A stretch of DNA of 63,895 nucleotides, filler included, from Sphacelaria rigidula (Eukaryota), in the NCBI GenBank assembly GCA_964200075.2. It is 10 parts of 10 records of this genome, joined end to end, with 100 filler letters (N's around TTAATTAATTAA, not from the genome) between each part and the next. Parts side by side here need not be neighbours in the genome. Positions count along the whole stretch, not along the records: positions 57,597 to 63,895 come from CAXNAA020020935.1; 9 more parts are not named here. One strand, given 5' to 3'. Shown here in pieces: positions 63,201 to 63,895 of this stretch. A program made the translations under genes and the position numbers. The notes below the pieces were generated by a model that saw nothing but the letters and a program-made list of their open reading frames with translations, made no database searches and had not been told where the DNA came from. Position 1 is the first letter of the stretch. Each line of letters begins with the position of its first letter.

Positions 63201-63895
63201 TATACAATCCAAGTAGTAGTGTTGCACAAATGACGAACCCAAAACATGTACAAATCACCACCAGTGTACGAATAGTGTGATTGATTCGTATAAATAATGC
63301 ACATCCTGGACAATATCTGGTCAATATATGCAACAGACGAGAAGTGTACTGCATAAAGCATCCAGTAGGCCTACTGCAACTATTGCTGGCCGACAGCAGT
63401 AGTCGAAATAGGCCTACACTTTATGTAGTACGTTTCTTGTCTATTGCAAAGAATTGAGCATATATTGTCCAAGGTGTGAAATAATGTGAAGTATGACCCC
63501 AATCACAATTTTATTCGTCAAAACCATCGATATGTTGGCCTGGCAAGTACATGCTGCCGACAAGAAGAACCCACAACACACGGACAAGCGAATAAGAAAT
63601 TGTTTGAGGTGATCCCATGCGGCCATTCGGTTCCTGCTTGAAAATCCTCTATCGTGGTTTTCATCCTCTGGAGGGACAATGAACACCGGATCTTGCAAAT
63701 TGGGGGTGGATCTTTTATTGGCGATGAGAAACCTGGAGAATTAAAATCTTCGTATCCACACCAAATCTTCGGAACATGGTTCCATTTCTTCACCTACTGA
63801 TAGCTATTGGCAACTGCTACAAACAGCCGATTTTATATTTTGGGGTTCATACGAAATATGGGGCTGAAGTGGCATATCTGTCTTGCACGAAAGAC

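Noticed and set aside
62669..63280. 203-aa ORF with 14-aa periodicity
   Set aside because: It derives from a 42-bp minisatellite whose register shifts between frames, and it has no splice or domain support.

Overview
Eukaryotic, repeat-rich nuclear DNA, most consistent with a brown alga (Phaeophyceae). Evidence: a stramenopile tubular-mastigoneme gene, an EsV-1-7 repeat gene and TTAGGG repeats. The window is NOT one locus. It is ten unrelated ~6.3 kb contigs (1-6300, 6401-12700, 12801-19100, 19201-25500, 25601-31900, 32001-38299, 38400-44698, 44799-51097, 51198-57496, 57597-63895) joined by artificial N44-TTAATTAATTAA-N44 spacers, so nothing can be inferred from adjacency across spacers. Most ORF-track entries are spurious. 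I reconstructed these spliced host genes (all partial) by hand: AP-1 mu subunit, a SIG1/OCM1-like EGF mastigoneme protein, a conserved unknown protein with a possibly cyanobacterial (CcmS-like) motif, a CEP131/AZI1-like coiled-coil protein, SKP1 and DIM1/TXNL4A. There is also an intronless, frameshifted 10-repeat EsV-1-7 gene. The rest is nested mobile DNA: hAT-, piggyBac-, mariner- and PIF/Harbinger-like MITEs, foldback elements, tRNA-derived SINEs, RTE-LINE and Penelope-like relics, a gag-like ORF, and degenerate piggyBac, MULE and hAT transposases. The most unusual structures are (i) a TRIM-like element whose 89-bp TG..CA repeats carry part of a tRNA-type Pol III promoter, and (ii) two telomere-repeat-bearing MITEs inserted in tandem at the exact centre of a larger palindromic element. 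No database searches were run; homology calls rest on recalled motifs.
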